52,161 nt of DNA, from positions 124,001 through 176,161 of the forward strand of contig JABANN010000007.1 of NCBI GenBank assembly GCA_013115125.1, in the 5' to 3' direction. The position numbers and the translations under genes were made by a program. The notes beneath the pieces are model-generated. The model was not told the origin of the DNA. It did not search any database and saw nothing but the letters and a program-made list of their open reading frames with translations. This document shows, piece after piece, positions 34,158 through 46,727 of this stretch (positions are counted from its first letter, which is position 1; every line of letters begins with the position of its first letter). The DNA comes from Perkinsus olseni. Its lineage: Eukaryota.

Positions 34158-37100
34158 TCACGCGAAGACCTGAATAGAAGCACTTCGCTGATGACGCCCT
34201 ATTACTTCAACCACGATGCCTACGAATTCCTTCTTCGGCTTCTTGACCTGAGTAGCCACCTCGCTCTTGGCAAGTCCTCGAACGGTCTTCGGCATCTCCA
34301 TACGTAGGTCGAAGCAGCCGGTACCTATTACACCATAACGATGGAAGTGATGGGCCTTTCAGGAGAGGGAGCCTTACCAACACTGGCCTGCTTGCCAAGG
34401 ATGATGGAACCAGCAGGGCTCTTCAGGCTATCGAACTGTGCGTTGTTGCAGGCCTGAACAAGTGACATCCCGATTCAGCTGATCCCGATATGCTGGTCCG
34501 ACCTTAGTAAGGAAGTTGACACTTGTCTCGAACGTCATCTGCAACCACGGGGACGCGTGAGACTCCATGCCTCTACGGCTGAAGGGCCGGAACCTAACAG
34601 AGGGGAGGGGGCGTCGGTAATGATGTACGGGCGTCGTGGATAGTACCCTCCATGATGAGTCATGTAATCAGAGATGAGCATCAAATGTCTCGGGTCAACA
34701 CCAATACCGTAATGACCGAACACTCGAAGCACCTCCCGGACTATAGCAGCACGGGCCGCCTGAGAAGAGGAAGCAAGACATACTACAACGCTAGAGCTCT
34801 CCCAAAGGAGCCAATGAACCAGTAGGAGTAGTACTATTATCATTACCTCGACACCATATCTATCCAGGATGAGACCGATGTCATTAGTGACGATACGATC
34901 ATGATCGATGCCGTTAAGGCCCCATGCAATATCAAGGTTAACACCTGAGAGTCTCATAGAGGGCAGTGGGACGTGGGAGAAGCAGCCGCCTTACCCTCAG
35001 TTTCAATCATGACCTCATTGGCCTGACCCGGGCGGGGCTCCACGACGTGGACGCTAGTGATGCCGGAGGTCTGCTGGATGTACAGATCAGAGCAGAGGTC
35101 AGCGACGGCCTCCAGGATGAGAATCTTGCGGGAGATACCCTGGGATAGCTCAAGCGGTCGTGAACGAAGGACGAACCTAAGCAGATAATGATTACCCGAC
35201 CTACCGCTGACCTCTCTAACTATTGCTCGACGATCAACGCTGGTGAGATGAGTATTATGCGCGGTAGAGGTACTCACTTGGGGCCATAGAGACGGCCGGA
35301 CTTGTTGAAGATAACCTCAGTCGAGTTCTTGGTCTTGGAGACTTGATAATCCTCAACGGTGCCAGCAGCGGCCTGGCCTCCAACAGCTGGTCTGAGGATA
35401 CACCATGTCATGAGCGCGCTACTGAAGGCAGCATCACCTCTGAGTGCCCTCTTCAGCGGCAGGGGTCTCATTGTCCTCCTGGGCCTCCTCCTAAAATGGA
35501 ATCCATGGCATCAAGGCACACTATGCCACATCACTACATTATTCTTATCCTCAACTGCTGCATCATCGACAAGATCATCATACTGCCCTTCATCGGCATC
35601 ATCAGCATCTACACACACAGTGAGAGCTCACTCTATCCGGGGCCGGGACCTACCGCTGGCAGCCTCCATCCTATCAAGCTCGGCCTCCCTCTCCTCATCA
35701 GTAGCTCGAGCACGCTGGGCTAATGTACGGGTGACATTCTGACTCTCATCACCCTGGTCCTTCTGCTCAGCATTGTTCTCGTCCTCTGGAGACTCATTGA
35801 ACACGTCAGCTGCACCCTCCTCCTGTTGGGCCTTGCGCGTCGTGATCTAACCGCAAGACCGCCATTCTAAGTGCCCTGCAGGAGTCGATGTACTACCGTA
35901 GAGGTGCTCTCAGAGATCTTGATGAACTTCTTAAGGTTAGCATTGAGCTTATCCCTGAAGTCATGATCCAGGAAGTGCGCAATAGCTGTCTGGGTGAGCG
36001 AAGGATACGCCTTCTGGATCATCTCCGGATCCACAAGTTCGACCTGCGTAATGATGCCAATCATAGACCAGTACAAAGGCTACAACTACGAGTAGTACTC
36101 ACCACAAGCTCGTAGGTTCGCATGGTCTCTCCACTAGGCTGGGCAGCAGTGACCGACTCCAACACATGGGTAGCGACAACGACGTCCTTCAGAGACACTC
36201 GGGTCATCTTGCCCTAAGCATAGGAGTGATGGAAGCTCGACGATGATAGAGACTGCGAGTGAGCTCAGCCTAACCTGCACTACCTGCAACTCTTCTGCAG
36301 CCTTGAGGCCTCCCAGTACCGGGAATTCCATGGCCGGGGTCTCGAGATGGCGGGAAGCGGTCTGAAGTAGAGCACAGTAGAGCTACGGTCGAGCCATGGA
36401 CAACCACTGCACGTACCTGTACGATCTCTCTCAGACGAGGAATACCCAGAGTAACGTTAACACCACCGTGACCGGCAAGATGGAAGGTATTCAGAGTCAT
36501 CTGTGTGGAAGGCTCTCCCATGCCCTGAGAACAACAGTCATCACTCAACCGACGACACTTTTTCGACCCACCTGAGCGGCCAAGGTTCCCACAGCTTCGC
36601 CAGGATCGGCAAGAGTCCTGAGAATTTTTATCGTCATTATCGTCAGCAGCCGAGAATACCATAACTTAAACAACTCACCTAGCATATTTGTGCATGATGA
36701 CATCACGGAACTCCTCAGCGGGCATCTTCTTCTCCAACTCCTCCGGTCTATGGGCGATGTACTCCGTCAGAGCATTCTCCTCGCGCTCCGACATGGCACC
36801 AGTGAACCTTCAGAACAAGACAGGCGATCAAAAGAACGACAGCTGCAGCCGTCTTCGGCTACATACTCCTATAGAGGAAAAACTGATGTAGTACCTCCAT
36901 GGTGGCAACATGCTGTTCATCGGCGGTGCTTTGCCTCCATTAGCGTGAGTATCCTCAACCACGAAAGCGATGTGTTCCTTCTCCTCATCTCGTAACTTAT
37001 CACTAGCGTTAACCTGACCAGCAAGTCCTCAACAGCAATCGGCCTGATCGACGGTCTAACCTCCTTGACAAGGTTCTTAGTCCTTCGTCCACTCTGAGGC

Positions 37101-40100
37101 TTCTCGGCCCACTTCCGATAGAGATCAGGCAAGTTGCTTTCCATCTTAGCCTCTTCCTTAGCGACGGAAACACTGTTAGCCATGAAGGCCGAGTTCTCAT
37201 CCAGAACGTCGAACCTGTGAGCAGGAGTATGGGTACCGTGCAGTGAGGGCTCTGAGAGGGCTTACTGTTCCAGATGGCTGACCTTGGTCACATCCATACC
37301 GTCCTCGCCATAGAGGAATTCGACGATCGAGGAGTCCGTATCGCGGACAGTGTAATCGTAGTTGATGGTTAGACCCTCCAAGTTCTTCACCAAGCACCTC
37401 TGTAAGTATCCAGACCTATTCAACAATGAGGTGCAGAGCGACAAGAGCGCCTCAGAGCTCACCTAGCTGTCTTCACGGCTGTATCGACCAGACCCTCTCT
37501 ACCAGCCATACAATGGTAGAAGAACTCCTGCGGTCGGTAGCCGGTAAGGAATCTACAGCGTGATGCATGCACCCGAGAGGAAACCCGCACAATGTCTGCT
37601 CACCTATCGGTGATGTAACCACCAGCTCTCGGACCGACATCATATTGGGCGAAGCTGGGAAGGAATCGCTGCGTCCTCATACGAGGAGCACGATGACCCT
37701 CCAACTCCTGCTGGCCCAGCATGGCGTCAATCATTGAGTGATTAACCTTAGAACCCTTAGCACCTGTATAGTAATACTCATATAGAACCAACTGCTTACT
37801 CCGGGTGATCCATGGGTCACCATGGCGGACTGAGTCATGGGAGTGTTATCCTTACCTGTGCTAACCATGGCAGAGAAGCAGTTCTCCGGGAAGGGAGACA
37901 TCTGGCCCTTAGGGAATAGGACGTCAATAAGCTCTGAGGAGGAATGAATATCAGCCGGGCCAGCCTACACGCCAGCATCCTACTTCCCCAGTAATCTCTG
38001 TTAGTGGACAACATAGTCTCTTCCAACTCCTCGAACATGGGATGCTGGACCTTAGGATCCGCAGCATACAGCTTGCCTAATAATACATACCAAATCTTTC
38101 CCAACCTCTTTGGAATTGTACAAACTACCTATCTCCTTCTGGAGCTTATGTAGGTTCGTCACGTTAGCCTCCTCTGGGCTGTTTTCCTTCACCCAATCGC
38201 TAATCTTATTCCAAGAGTCCTCCCTAGCCTTGTTCAGCATCTGCGATCTAGCCTCGTTGCCCTCAGGGGTGATGAGAAGGTCTCTCATAGCACAGGTAAA
38301 GCCATGGAGCTGGAGGTAGAGAGTGAGCATCCTACCAAGACCTGAGCAGCAGCAAGAACAACCCTGTAGCAAGCATACTCAAGGTCACCGTGTCTGCTTA
38401 CCAGTGAGGAGCAGGCCAGCAGCCTTGGGACCGCATAGCTCGTAGAATAGATGGGTGAGACCATTAGCAGTAGCACCGAAAGAGGCCTTATCAAGCACAC
38501 CCTCTATGAGTTCAGTGTCTCTGATAGTGACCATCTGCTCCTCCTTGTTGCCGTCACTGACACCACCCCAGAGGTCCCCAGGGGTCTTGGCCTTAGCGTG
38601 ATGGTTGAAGCCATTGATGATGGCCTTGTCCGTGCTATGAGTAGCAAACTTGATAAGACTCTTGAGGAAGATGGTGATGACCTGCTTTCCTGTCCACAGC
38701 TTCTGTGGCTTCACAACGATCGGAGGCTCCATGACAATCCTGAAGTCCTTTGGTACTCCGGGAGGTGTACTGACCTTAGTCACATGGCCCCTAGACTTCA
38801 CACTGCCAATGCCTGAGGTATCGCCCTCAATGGCGGCCCTCATAGCAGTATAGATGAGATTCTGGACCTCAGTCTTGGTCATGAAGTGATCTCTTGCAGT
38901 GAGGAAGACACCAGAGACGACATGATCCTGGATAAGACCACGAAGGGGCTTGCCCGAGGTGGGTCCAAGATACTGGTGATCAGCAGAGGCAATGTAGATG
39001 GCCTCCGCTCGGGCATTAGAGTCTTGAGGGCAATGCAAGTTGATCTCATCACCATCGAAATCAGCATTGAATGTGTTACAGTTAGCGTAATGCATACGGA
39101 TGGTCTTCTCTTTACTCAGCACCTGAATAACAACAAGAGCCTCAGTTCATCACCCTCAATGGTCCCTCTCCACTACCTTCACGAACAGAGCCATAATACC
39201 GGGCTTATGCAGGGTGGGCTGACGATTCACCAGCAGCGGATCACCGTCCCTCACATGCCTGAGTACCACTCTAGGCTTCTTATCAGGGTTAGTACTCTGA
39301 TAGAGACTCCTAGCGATAGCCTTCCTCTGATGGGGTTGTCGTCCCTTCAATGACACCAACTTGCCGTCTGGGAACACTACCGCAGCAGCACCGGGGTACT
39401 TATCGGGACCGTTCTCCACCAACGCACGCAAGTAGTCCACGTTGAAGGAGTTCACTGGCTCGGGTACTGTCAACTGCAGAGCCGCGAACATAGGCAGACC
39501 GATCTGATTGGTCTCGAGGGAGACATCAGGACTGATGACACTACGAGCAGCGTAGTTCACACGCTTGCCCATCATTTTCATCCTGAACAGTCCCTGTTTC
39601 CGTTCAAGAAGCTGTCGCACACCAAAGGCCACAACCTTATTCTGTGCCTTGCCGCTCTTCGCAGAATCTAGATAGTTATTGACGTTGTTCTGCAAGTCAA
39701 TGAGGGCAGTTCCCAGAGTAGTCATCGGCCCTCTCTGTGGGGTTGTGACATCCGAAGGCTTCGATGTCTCGTCTTCATCAGAGATGAGGTTCGGCAAGGC
39801 ATCGCCAGCTGAAGACAACAGCACAATAGCAAAGGCCCGGACACCATCAACCCAACCGCTTACCCTTCTCCCTCTCATTGGGGTTCTCTACAGCCTCCTG
39901 GTCAGTCTCGAGGAGCTGCTTGAGTAGAAGGTTCGACTCAAGGATGTTCTTGAGACAGACCGTAGAGGCCGGCAGGAAGCCTTGGTTATCATCACTATCA
40001 CCACCAAAACGCAGGGGTCGCAGCTTGTTAGGCGGGACGACTATATTTTGCATGAAGAAGATATCCTCTCCACGACCAACAGAGGCGGGGAAGAGGAACT

Positions 40101-41640
40101 CCAAGATCTCTCTTTCCTCACGCCAAAGCTTGTGGACGAGGTTGCGTACCTAGACGGCAAGGCTCCATTACTCAATCTAGTGCGGAACTGCAGACTCACG
40201 TAAGTTGGGGTGACGTATTTCTCCGCCGCCTTGCCTCGGAGCTTGCGGAAGATCTTGTTATAGCCATCAATACCTGAGGCTCATCTACCGTGGCCTCCCT
40301 AGATGGCATGGGCTTACGGTAAAGCTCCGACTTAGCCTTGCAGTTGGGGCACACAGCAACGGAGACCTCATTCTCAAACTCCGTGACCAGGTCATTCCAG
40401 GCCTGTATCTCACCGGAGCTACCTGAGCAGGCCGACAGACCTACCCCTCCTAGCACTCGAAAAGATCTTACTTATGCCCCAATCGGTATTCTTAGCCACG
40501 AGCTTTTCGAGGTTCTCATTGACCTCACTATGGGCGATGCCCAGTTGCTTGACTAGTAACTTCACCCTATTCTGTTCCTCACCATGACCCATAATGTACG
40601 GTACGTAAGATGATGAGCCGTCCTCATAACCTACAGGGCATCCCTGACCTATACACCGTGCCCCTCATTGGCCTACTAGCATGCTCAACAAAGGCCTCTC
40701 GGCTGTCTGCATTGGGGTCCGATGTCATATCTCTCTCCAATGCCGACCTAATCAACTCCCTCTGTCGCGAACCCCTACCACTCCAAGGTCACTCACTTGG
40801 TTTTCTCGTCACAAGGCTCCATGACGATATCATGTGACTCAGGTTCGAGACCGGCAAGGATGAGCTTGAACCGATCACAGTACCTGTACAGCCGAAACTC
40901 CCTTGGGATACTGTGGATGAGAACTGTGCTGTCCTCACCTCTGCGTTACGGCCTTTCTAACACGGAAGTGATTGCAAGAAGTGCACATTCTGCGTAGCAC
41001 ATTGTACCTGCCAACGCTTAGAGATACGAAAAAGGGGACCAGGAAGGATAAACTCAGCCAGCGATACGACAAAGATGATATTCGGTCGGAGCCCGGGCGA
41101 GCTTACAATGTCCGTATTAAAAACGGGTTGTAGACGTCGGTGGCAAGCTGTATGTGGCCTAAATGCCCAGGGCAGTCATGGACCTGATGAGGGAGAGGTA
41201 GATGATAGAGGAGAGTCCCACGCACAGAGTACCCCCAGACCGCAGGTTTTGCAGAGGTCACCGATGTGCAGAGGTCCCAATGCAGGGTCGTATCTGAGGA
41301 GTCGTGGCCCCAGAACGTGGGGAGTTCGCTGACTCTATTACAGTCCGTCGGGCAAAGGGGCGCCGGCCAGGTTGCCGAAAGCAGCAACTTCCGTTATTTC
41401 CTTGACAGATATGTCCTGAATCTCCTTCGGGGACATGTACCTGCCGTGATCTCCTTCCCTCCTGGTAGCTATCTCCCTCCTCTCGCCAAGCGACCAAGTC
41501 CCTTTTCCCATCAACAATGGTAAACGCGCACGCATGGATCGTTCCCATCCCCTGCAGCCCCTGGATACCCTGTATTACATGAACTGTACATCATGTATCG
41601 AGCACCCCGGACGGATCTGCTCTTCGGATGCCGCGGACAT
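34158..41640 (-). CDS. RPA1: DNA-directed RNA polymerase I largest subunit; multi-exon
   Basis: LYDPALGP...CKTC...CPGHLGHI zinc region; [105 protein letters not shown]. The YANC and [12 protein letters not shown] contexts fit Pol I; there is no CTD. Confidence 0.95.
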
Positions 41641-41849
41641 TGTGGTGAGCTACCACGAGGAACTGAAAGACAACGATCATGCTGTACCAACTTCAGGCCG
41701 GATCAGCAAGGCCCCAATCAATAAAAGGGAGAACCATGGATGCGACTGGTGGTAGTAAGCAAGCCCTACTAACTTGTAACACAAAAGGTATCGGGGTGTC
41801 TACACCGCCCACTTGCTGTTTTCCCGCGTGTAAAAACGGCCAGTGATGG

Positions 41850-41860
41850 AAAAATTTTCA
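41850..41860 (-). promoter_or_regulatory. RRPE-like A/T element (TGAAAATTTTT) in the RPA1/GCDH divergent promoter
   Basis: Reverse complement of aaaaattttca, about 210 nt upstream of the RPA1 ATG. Function unproven. Confidence 0.3.
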
Positions 41861-41990
41861 CACGCTTAATCGTTGTATCATTACCACAAAGCGTCGATGA
41901 TAACCCTGTGAGCCCTTTGCGCGTTGCGTTGCCTGCTCATGGAACCGTACTGAGTACCGTTACCTGTTTGCAGTCTTCTCCTTATCCTCT

Positions 41991-43933
41991 ATGTTATCCC
42001 GCTTAGCCTCTCAAGGACGTGGTGCTCACTCGCGCAGCTTCTGTACAGCTGCGGCCGCCAAGGTTAAGCAGGGCGGGGATCCTTTCAAGTGAGTTATGGT
42101 ACTGGAAAACAACTCTCACTGCTCCTCTTGGGTGACGGAGTACAGCCTTTCCTATCAAGTCCACTGGAATCACGTGAACTCCGATGTGCGTAGGTGGGAC
42201 CATGATACACACTGGAGGGACATGTTCATGCTGGAGGATATGCTCACTGAGGAGGAAAGGCTCATTCGGTAGTGCCTTTCCGAGCTCCTTCCCGCTTGGA
42301 CTGAAGCTCTCAGGGACTCCGCCCGTGCCTTCGCGGATTCCGTCCTTATGCCCACCGTTCTTGACGGTTTCCGCAATGAGACCTTTAATAGGGACATTTT
42401 CCTCGAGTTCGGCAAGAACGGTTTGCTTGGGCCCTTCATTGAGGGTTACGGTTGCGCGGGTAGCCTAAACCTGCCGCATCGGAAGAGACGACGGCCTTCC
42501 CGTCAGGTGCCAGCTCCGTGGCCTATGGTCTTATCGCTCGGGAGGTCGAACGGGTGGACTCCGCCTTCCGCTCGGCGTTCTCGGTGCAGTCCAGTCTGGT
42601 CATGCACCCCATAAACTTATTCGGGACCGAGGAGCAGAAATCGCGGTGGCTTCCAGAGCTGGCTAAAGGTAGTTCGACAAATTGAGTGCAGGAGTAGGCT
42701 GTAGGGGTGTAGGGACCAAGATCGGCTGTTTTGGTCTTACTGAGCCCAACCATGGCTCGGACCCCAGCGGTATGGAGACTACTGCGAAGAAGGTGGACGG
42801 TGGCTGGAAGCTACATGGGTCGAAGAACTGGATAACTAACTCCCCTATAGCAGACGTGTGTGTCGTCTGGGCTAAGTGTGATACTGACGGCCAGGTAGGC
42901 TATGTAAGCGTATCATAGGTCGAGGCCAGCATCCGCCAGGTCCGAGGATTCCTGGTTGAGACCGAGTGGAAGGGCGTATCCTGCCCCAAGATACTCGGAA
43001 AGTTTTCTCTACGGGCGTCTCCAACCGGTAACCCTGTCCGTTGGATATTACTCGTTAAGCTGCTCGATGTAGGCATGATCCTGATGGATGATGTATTCGT
43101 ACCTGAGAGCTCTCTCCTACCCGGTGTAACAGGCATGAAGGGCCCATTCGCCTGCCTCAACTCGGCTCGTCTCGGTAGGAGCATCACCTATAACTTGATG
43201 GTATCACGAGTCATAGGGATTGCCTGGGGCGTGGTTGGAGCAGCTGAGTACTGTATGGACGTGGCCAGGCAGTACACCATGGACAGGAAGCAGTTCGGCC
43301 GACCCCTAGCCGCTAACCAGGTGATACGGAGACGGAGGTGTGCTTCATTAGTCGATTGCGGCATTCTGAAGAATCGGTTTTCCTTGTATTATAGCCGTAA
43401 GTGAATACCTAAAGTTGGGAGGGGAGCCTTTTCTTATTCTCTTTCGCGTATTGGTCACTGTTCTCGCACTCACGGCCCGTGTTGATGAGATCATGGTGAC
43501 GCATCTTAGCTCATACAGAAGAAGATGGCAGACCAGCTAACCGAGATCCATTCCATGACTCTAATGGCCCATCGAGCCACTCAACTCAAAGATGAATATA
43601 AGGTGCACGGCGAGGTCACTGCAGGGTCGCTGTCTATCGCACTGCCTCTTTAGTTGCATAGCAACGTCATCTCGATGTGTAAGCGTAATAACTGCGGCAA
43701 GGCTCTTATGATTGCTCGGGAGGCTCGGGACATGCTGGGTGGCAATGGGATCGTCGATGAGTAGTGGACGGGTGCTCAGAAGGCTCTTTCGGAATCCTTC
43801 GCTGTGCGCTGCTAGGTACGGTATAATAAGACACGTGATGAACTTAGAGGCCGTGAATACGTACGAGGGAACGCATGATATTCATGCGCTTATATTGGGA
43901 CGGGCGGTCACGGGGTTGTCGGCCTTCAAATGA
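41991..43933 (+). CDS. GCDH: Glutaryl-CoA dehydrogenase, mitochondrial; multi-exon
   Basis: Presequence [122 protein letters not shown]. Confidence 0.95.
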
Positions 43934-44179
43934 GATAAGTTTCGAAGTAACTTTTTTGTTGAAAATAGGCGGAGCGATGCACTAATTCTGCAGTCATTAT
44001 TGATCAACATGAGCCGGATAATGCGGTTTTAGAGTTTTTACTATTTTTTAATTGTGTCCCTAGTGGTCAGCGAGAATGGCCTTGAGTTTGAGTATGGTTC
44101 CGGAAGGGCTCGCAGCTGCGTCGCGCGCTATGCCTGGAGGAGTGCTTGCCTAAGTCCTGCTCTGTTTTCTCTCTTCTAC

Positions 44180-44838
44180 ATGTCGTCGCATTCGACTCCG
44201 CTTCAGAACCAGTATCAGGATACTGTGACAGAGATACAGGACGTGCAGGAGCGTAGTAGATGGGGTGTCTATTCTTCGCAGAATGGTGCCGTGTTAGGGT
44301 TGCAAAAGCTCTACGGCAAGGTGCGCACACTCACAGCGCAAAAGAGCGAAAACGAACAAGTGAAAAAGGTAGGCGGACTCGGTTGCCCCGCCCCTGCGTA
44401 GCGAACTTGTTAGAAGAGCTGATCTCAGGAATTCGACGTTCTGGAGGATGATGGTGTAATCTGGAAGCTCGTCGGTCCAATCATGGTGGGGCCACGGAGG
44501 GACTGCTGCCGCAGTCTCGTCTCATCCCTCTTCCTATAGGTACGGCAGGATAGGGAGGAAGCCATTTCCAACGTAGAAAAACGCTTAGAGTTCATCACCT
44601 CTGACTTGTAATAGTGAAGCTCCAATCGCTCCGCAATCATATTCGTGAGTCGGTAGGGATAAGACCAATGACACAGTAAAAGAGCTCGAGGAGAAACTTC
44701 AAAAGAAGTCTGATGAGGTAGGCAATCGGATGGTACAGGCCACCAGTCCTATGGTCTCCTCTTTAGCTGGAGGAGCTCCAGCAGAAGTTTGCTGCTATGC
44801 ATCAAGGACAGAGCGGCCCTCAGGCGACAGTCAATTAG
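44180..44838 (+). CDS. PFDN6: Prefoldin subunit 6; multi-exon
   Basis: LTAQKSENEQVKK-EFDVLEDDGVIWKLVGPIM-VRQDREEAISNVEKRLEFI; coiled-coil C-terminus. Confidence 0.9.
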
Positions 44839-44936
44839 CCATTGTGAACGAACGACTTTTCGTTAACTCCGTGGGTTGGGTTCATGGGTGGCCATATAGC
44901 GTCTACTAGCGTCCCGTCTCCCAGTACTGTTTTGGG

Positions 44937-46720
44937 ATGTTACCACTAGATGCCTTCTCGGCGCCAGAGGTGCTATTGGTAGCAGCCGCGGTTGCGGCAG
45001 TAGTACTGATATTCTATCCGTACTTCGTATGGAGGAAGGAGGCCGCGGCACTCGAAGGCGTCCAATCACCGTAGTATTCTATACCACTCCTTCACCAACT
45101 TTGCGGGAAAGCAACCCTCCAGATGTCGTTATGTCAGGGTCGCCCGAATATCGTGGCCTGGGGCCAGCCCTCAGAGCGCAATCAATGAAATTTACACGGA
45201 GGCTTCAGTGGACTTGAGCTTGGTAGCAGCATCATTGATCGGCTCATCAGACCCATCTGCCCCTCCTCTATCAGGTTGTCCCGGCGTACAATGAAGTCGA
45301 GAGGCTCCCTCTCATGTATAGAGAAACGATAGCGGTAGGAGAGGGGTTCTGGAGGTGGGTGTTGGAGTTCAGTTGAGTCCTCTCAGTACCTCCGTCGGCG
45401 ACTGGATAAGGACCCTTCTATGACTTGTGAGGTGAGGCTGCCGCTGGACCGATGCGTCTCCTTTTACGGGACGGTTCCCTAGCTACCAGCCATTCGCCTC
45501 CTCTCTTCGTTCGGTAGACGGGAAATGCTTCAGATAATAATAGTGAATGATGGCTCTCGGGATGCTACGGAAGCCGTGGCCCTTCGTCTTGCACGGGAAA
45601 ACGATTTCCCTAAGATCGACACGAGAGTAGTGGGCCTGGCCCGGAACATGGGAAAAGGGGCAGCAGTAGGTGCAGTTGCCTAGAGGCCTGCCTGTGATGG
45701 TTATCGTACAGGTCCGCTATGGGGTTAGATGCTCTCGGGGGCGGCGCATCTTGATGGTAGATGCCGATGGTGCTACCAGGATCGACGACCTGGACCGGCT
45801 AGAGGAGGTTATGAATAATGATCCCGGCGTTGCTGCGGTGGGTGTTGCTTACAGCCCGATAAGACTGTGATAGTCGCTACCTCAGACCTTCGGATCGAGA
45901 GATCATCTCAGAGCTACCGATGCTGTAGCGAAGCGAAGCCCTATTCGGAATGTAAGAGCGGATACTATTCGGCTGCACCCTCTGATCTGTTAGATGAGTT
46001 CCCTTCCACCGTTAATACTGCTGTTGGTGTTCAGGTCCTCATGGCCGGCTTCCACTTCATTGTATGGCTTATGGTTGGTAAGCCCTCGTTACGTCCTCCT
46101 CCGCCCTACACGTCTCCCCAGGTACATCCATCAGAGACACTCAATGCGGGTTTAAGCTCTTCACGAGAGATGCGGCCCGGGATATATTCAGCAGCCTTCA
46201 CCTCAATCGGTATATCAGACCCCGACTCCCCACCTGCTGTCACCAATCACCTCTCCTTCAGGTGGGCCTTCGACATAGAAATCGTGCTACTAGCGCGGTT
46301 CATGGGGCTCCGCGTTGTAGAGGTAGGCGCCTCCCGCTTCCTTGTTCATTCTCCGTACTGTCGTGTCAGGTCCCTGTCAATTGGACTGAGATACCGGGTT
46401 CCAAGCTCCACATCGTGACCGCCAGCCTGCAGATGCTTCGGGATATCGCAAGCGTAAGTCCGCTCTTGTCGTACTCTCGAGTTACGTATCGGTATCAGGT
46501 ACGTATCTTCTATGGCATCGGATTGTGGGATGTAGAACCGCCAAGTCCCTGTCGGGAAGGTACGCGGACTCCGGAGTATTCCCAACGTGGCTCTCAGCTG
46601 GTCTCTGTTCTTAGTCCCAGGGTCCAGCAGAGAGGGATCAACGTCAGGCCCCTCACCTATCAACTGAGCTGTTCATTATTGTTTTTCATAACAGCGCACT
46701 TGGCGCATTTAACGGGTTGA
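44937..46720 (+). CDS. ALG5: Dolichyl-phosphate beta-glucosyltransferase (GT2); multi-exon, 3' end approximate
   Basis: N-terminal TM (VLLVAAAVAAVVLIFYPYF); VVPAYNEVERL; IIVNDGSRD; NMGKGAAV; ILMVDADGAT; FGSRDHL; DTQCGFKLFTR; WAFDIEI; VPVNWTEIPGSKL. Confidence 0.9.
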
Positions 46721-46727
46721 GTTTTCA

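Noticed and set aside
39030-39075. RPA1 active-site motif reads [12 protein letters not shown] rather than ...DEMNLH
   Set aside because: All catalytic Asp residues are intact and the change is conservative.
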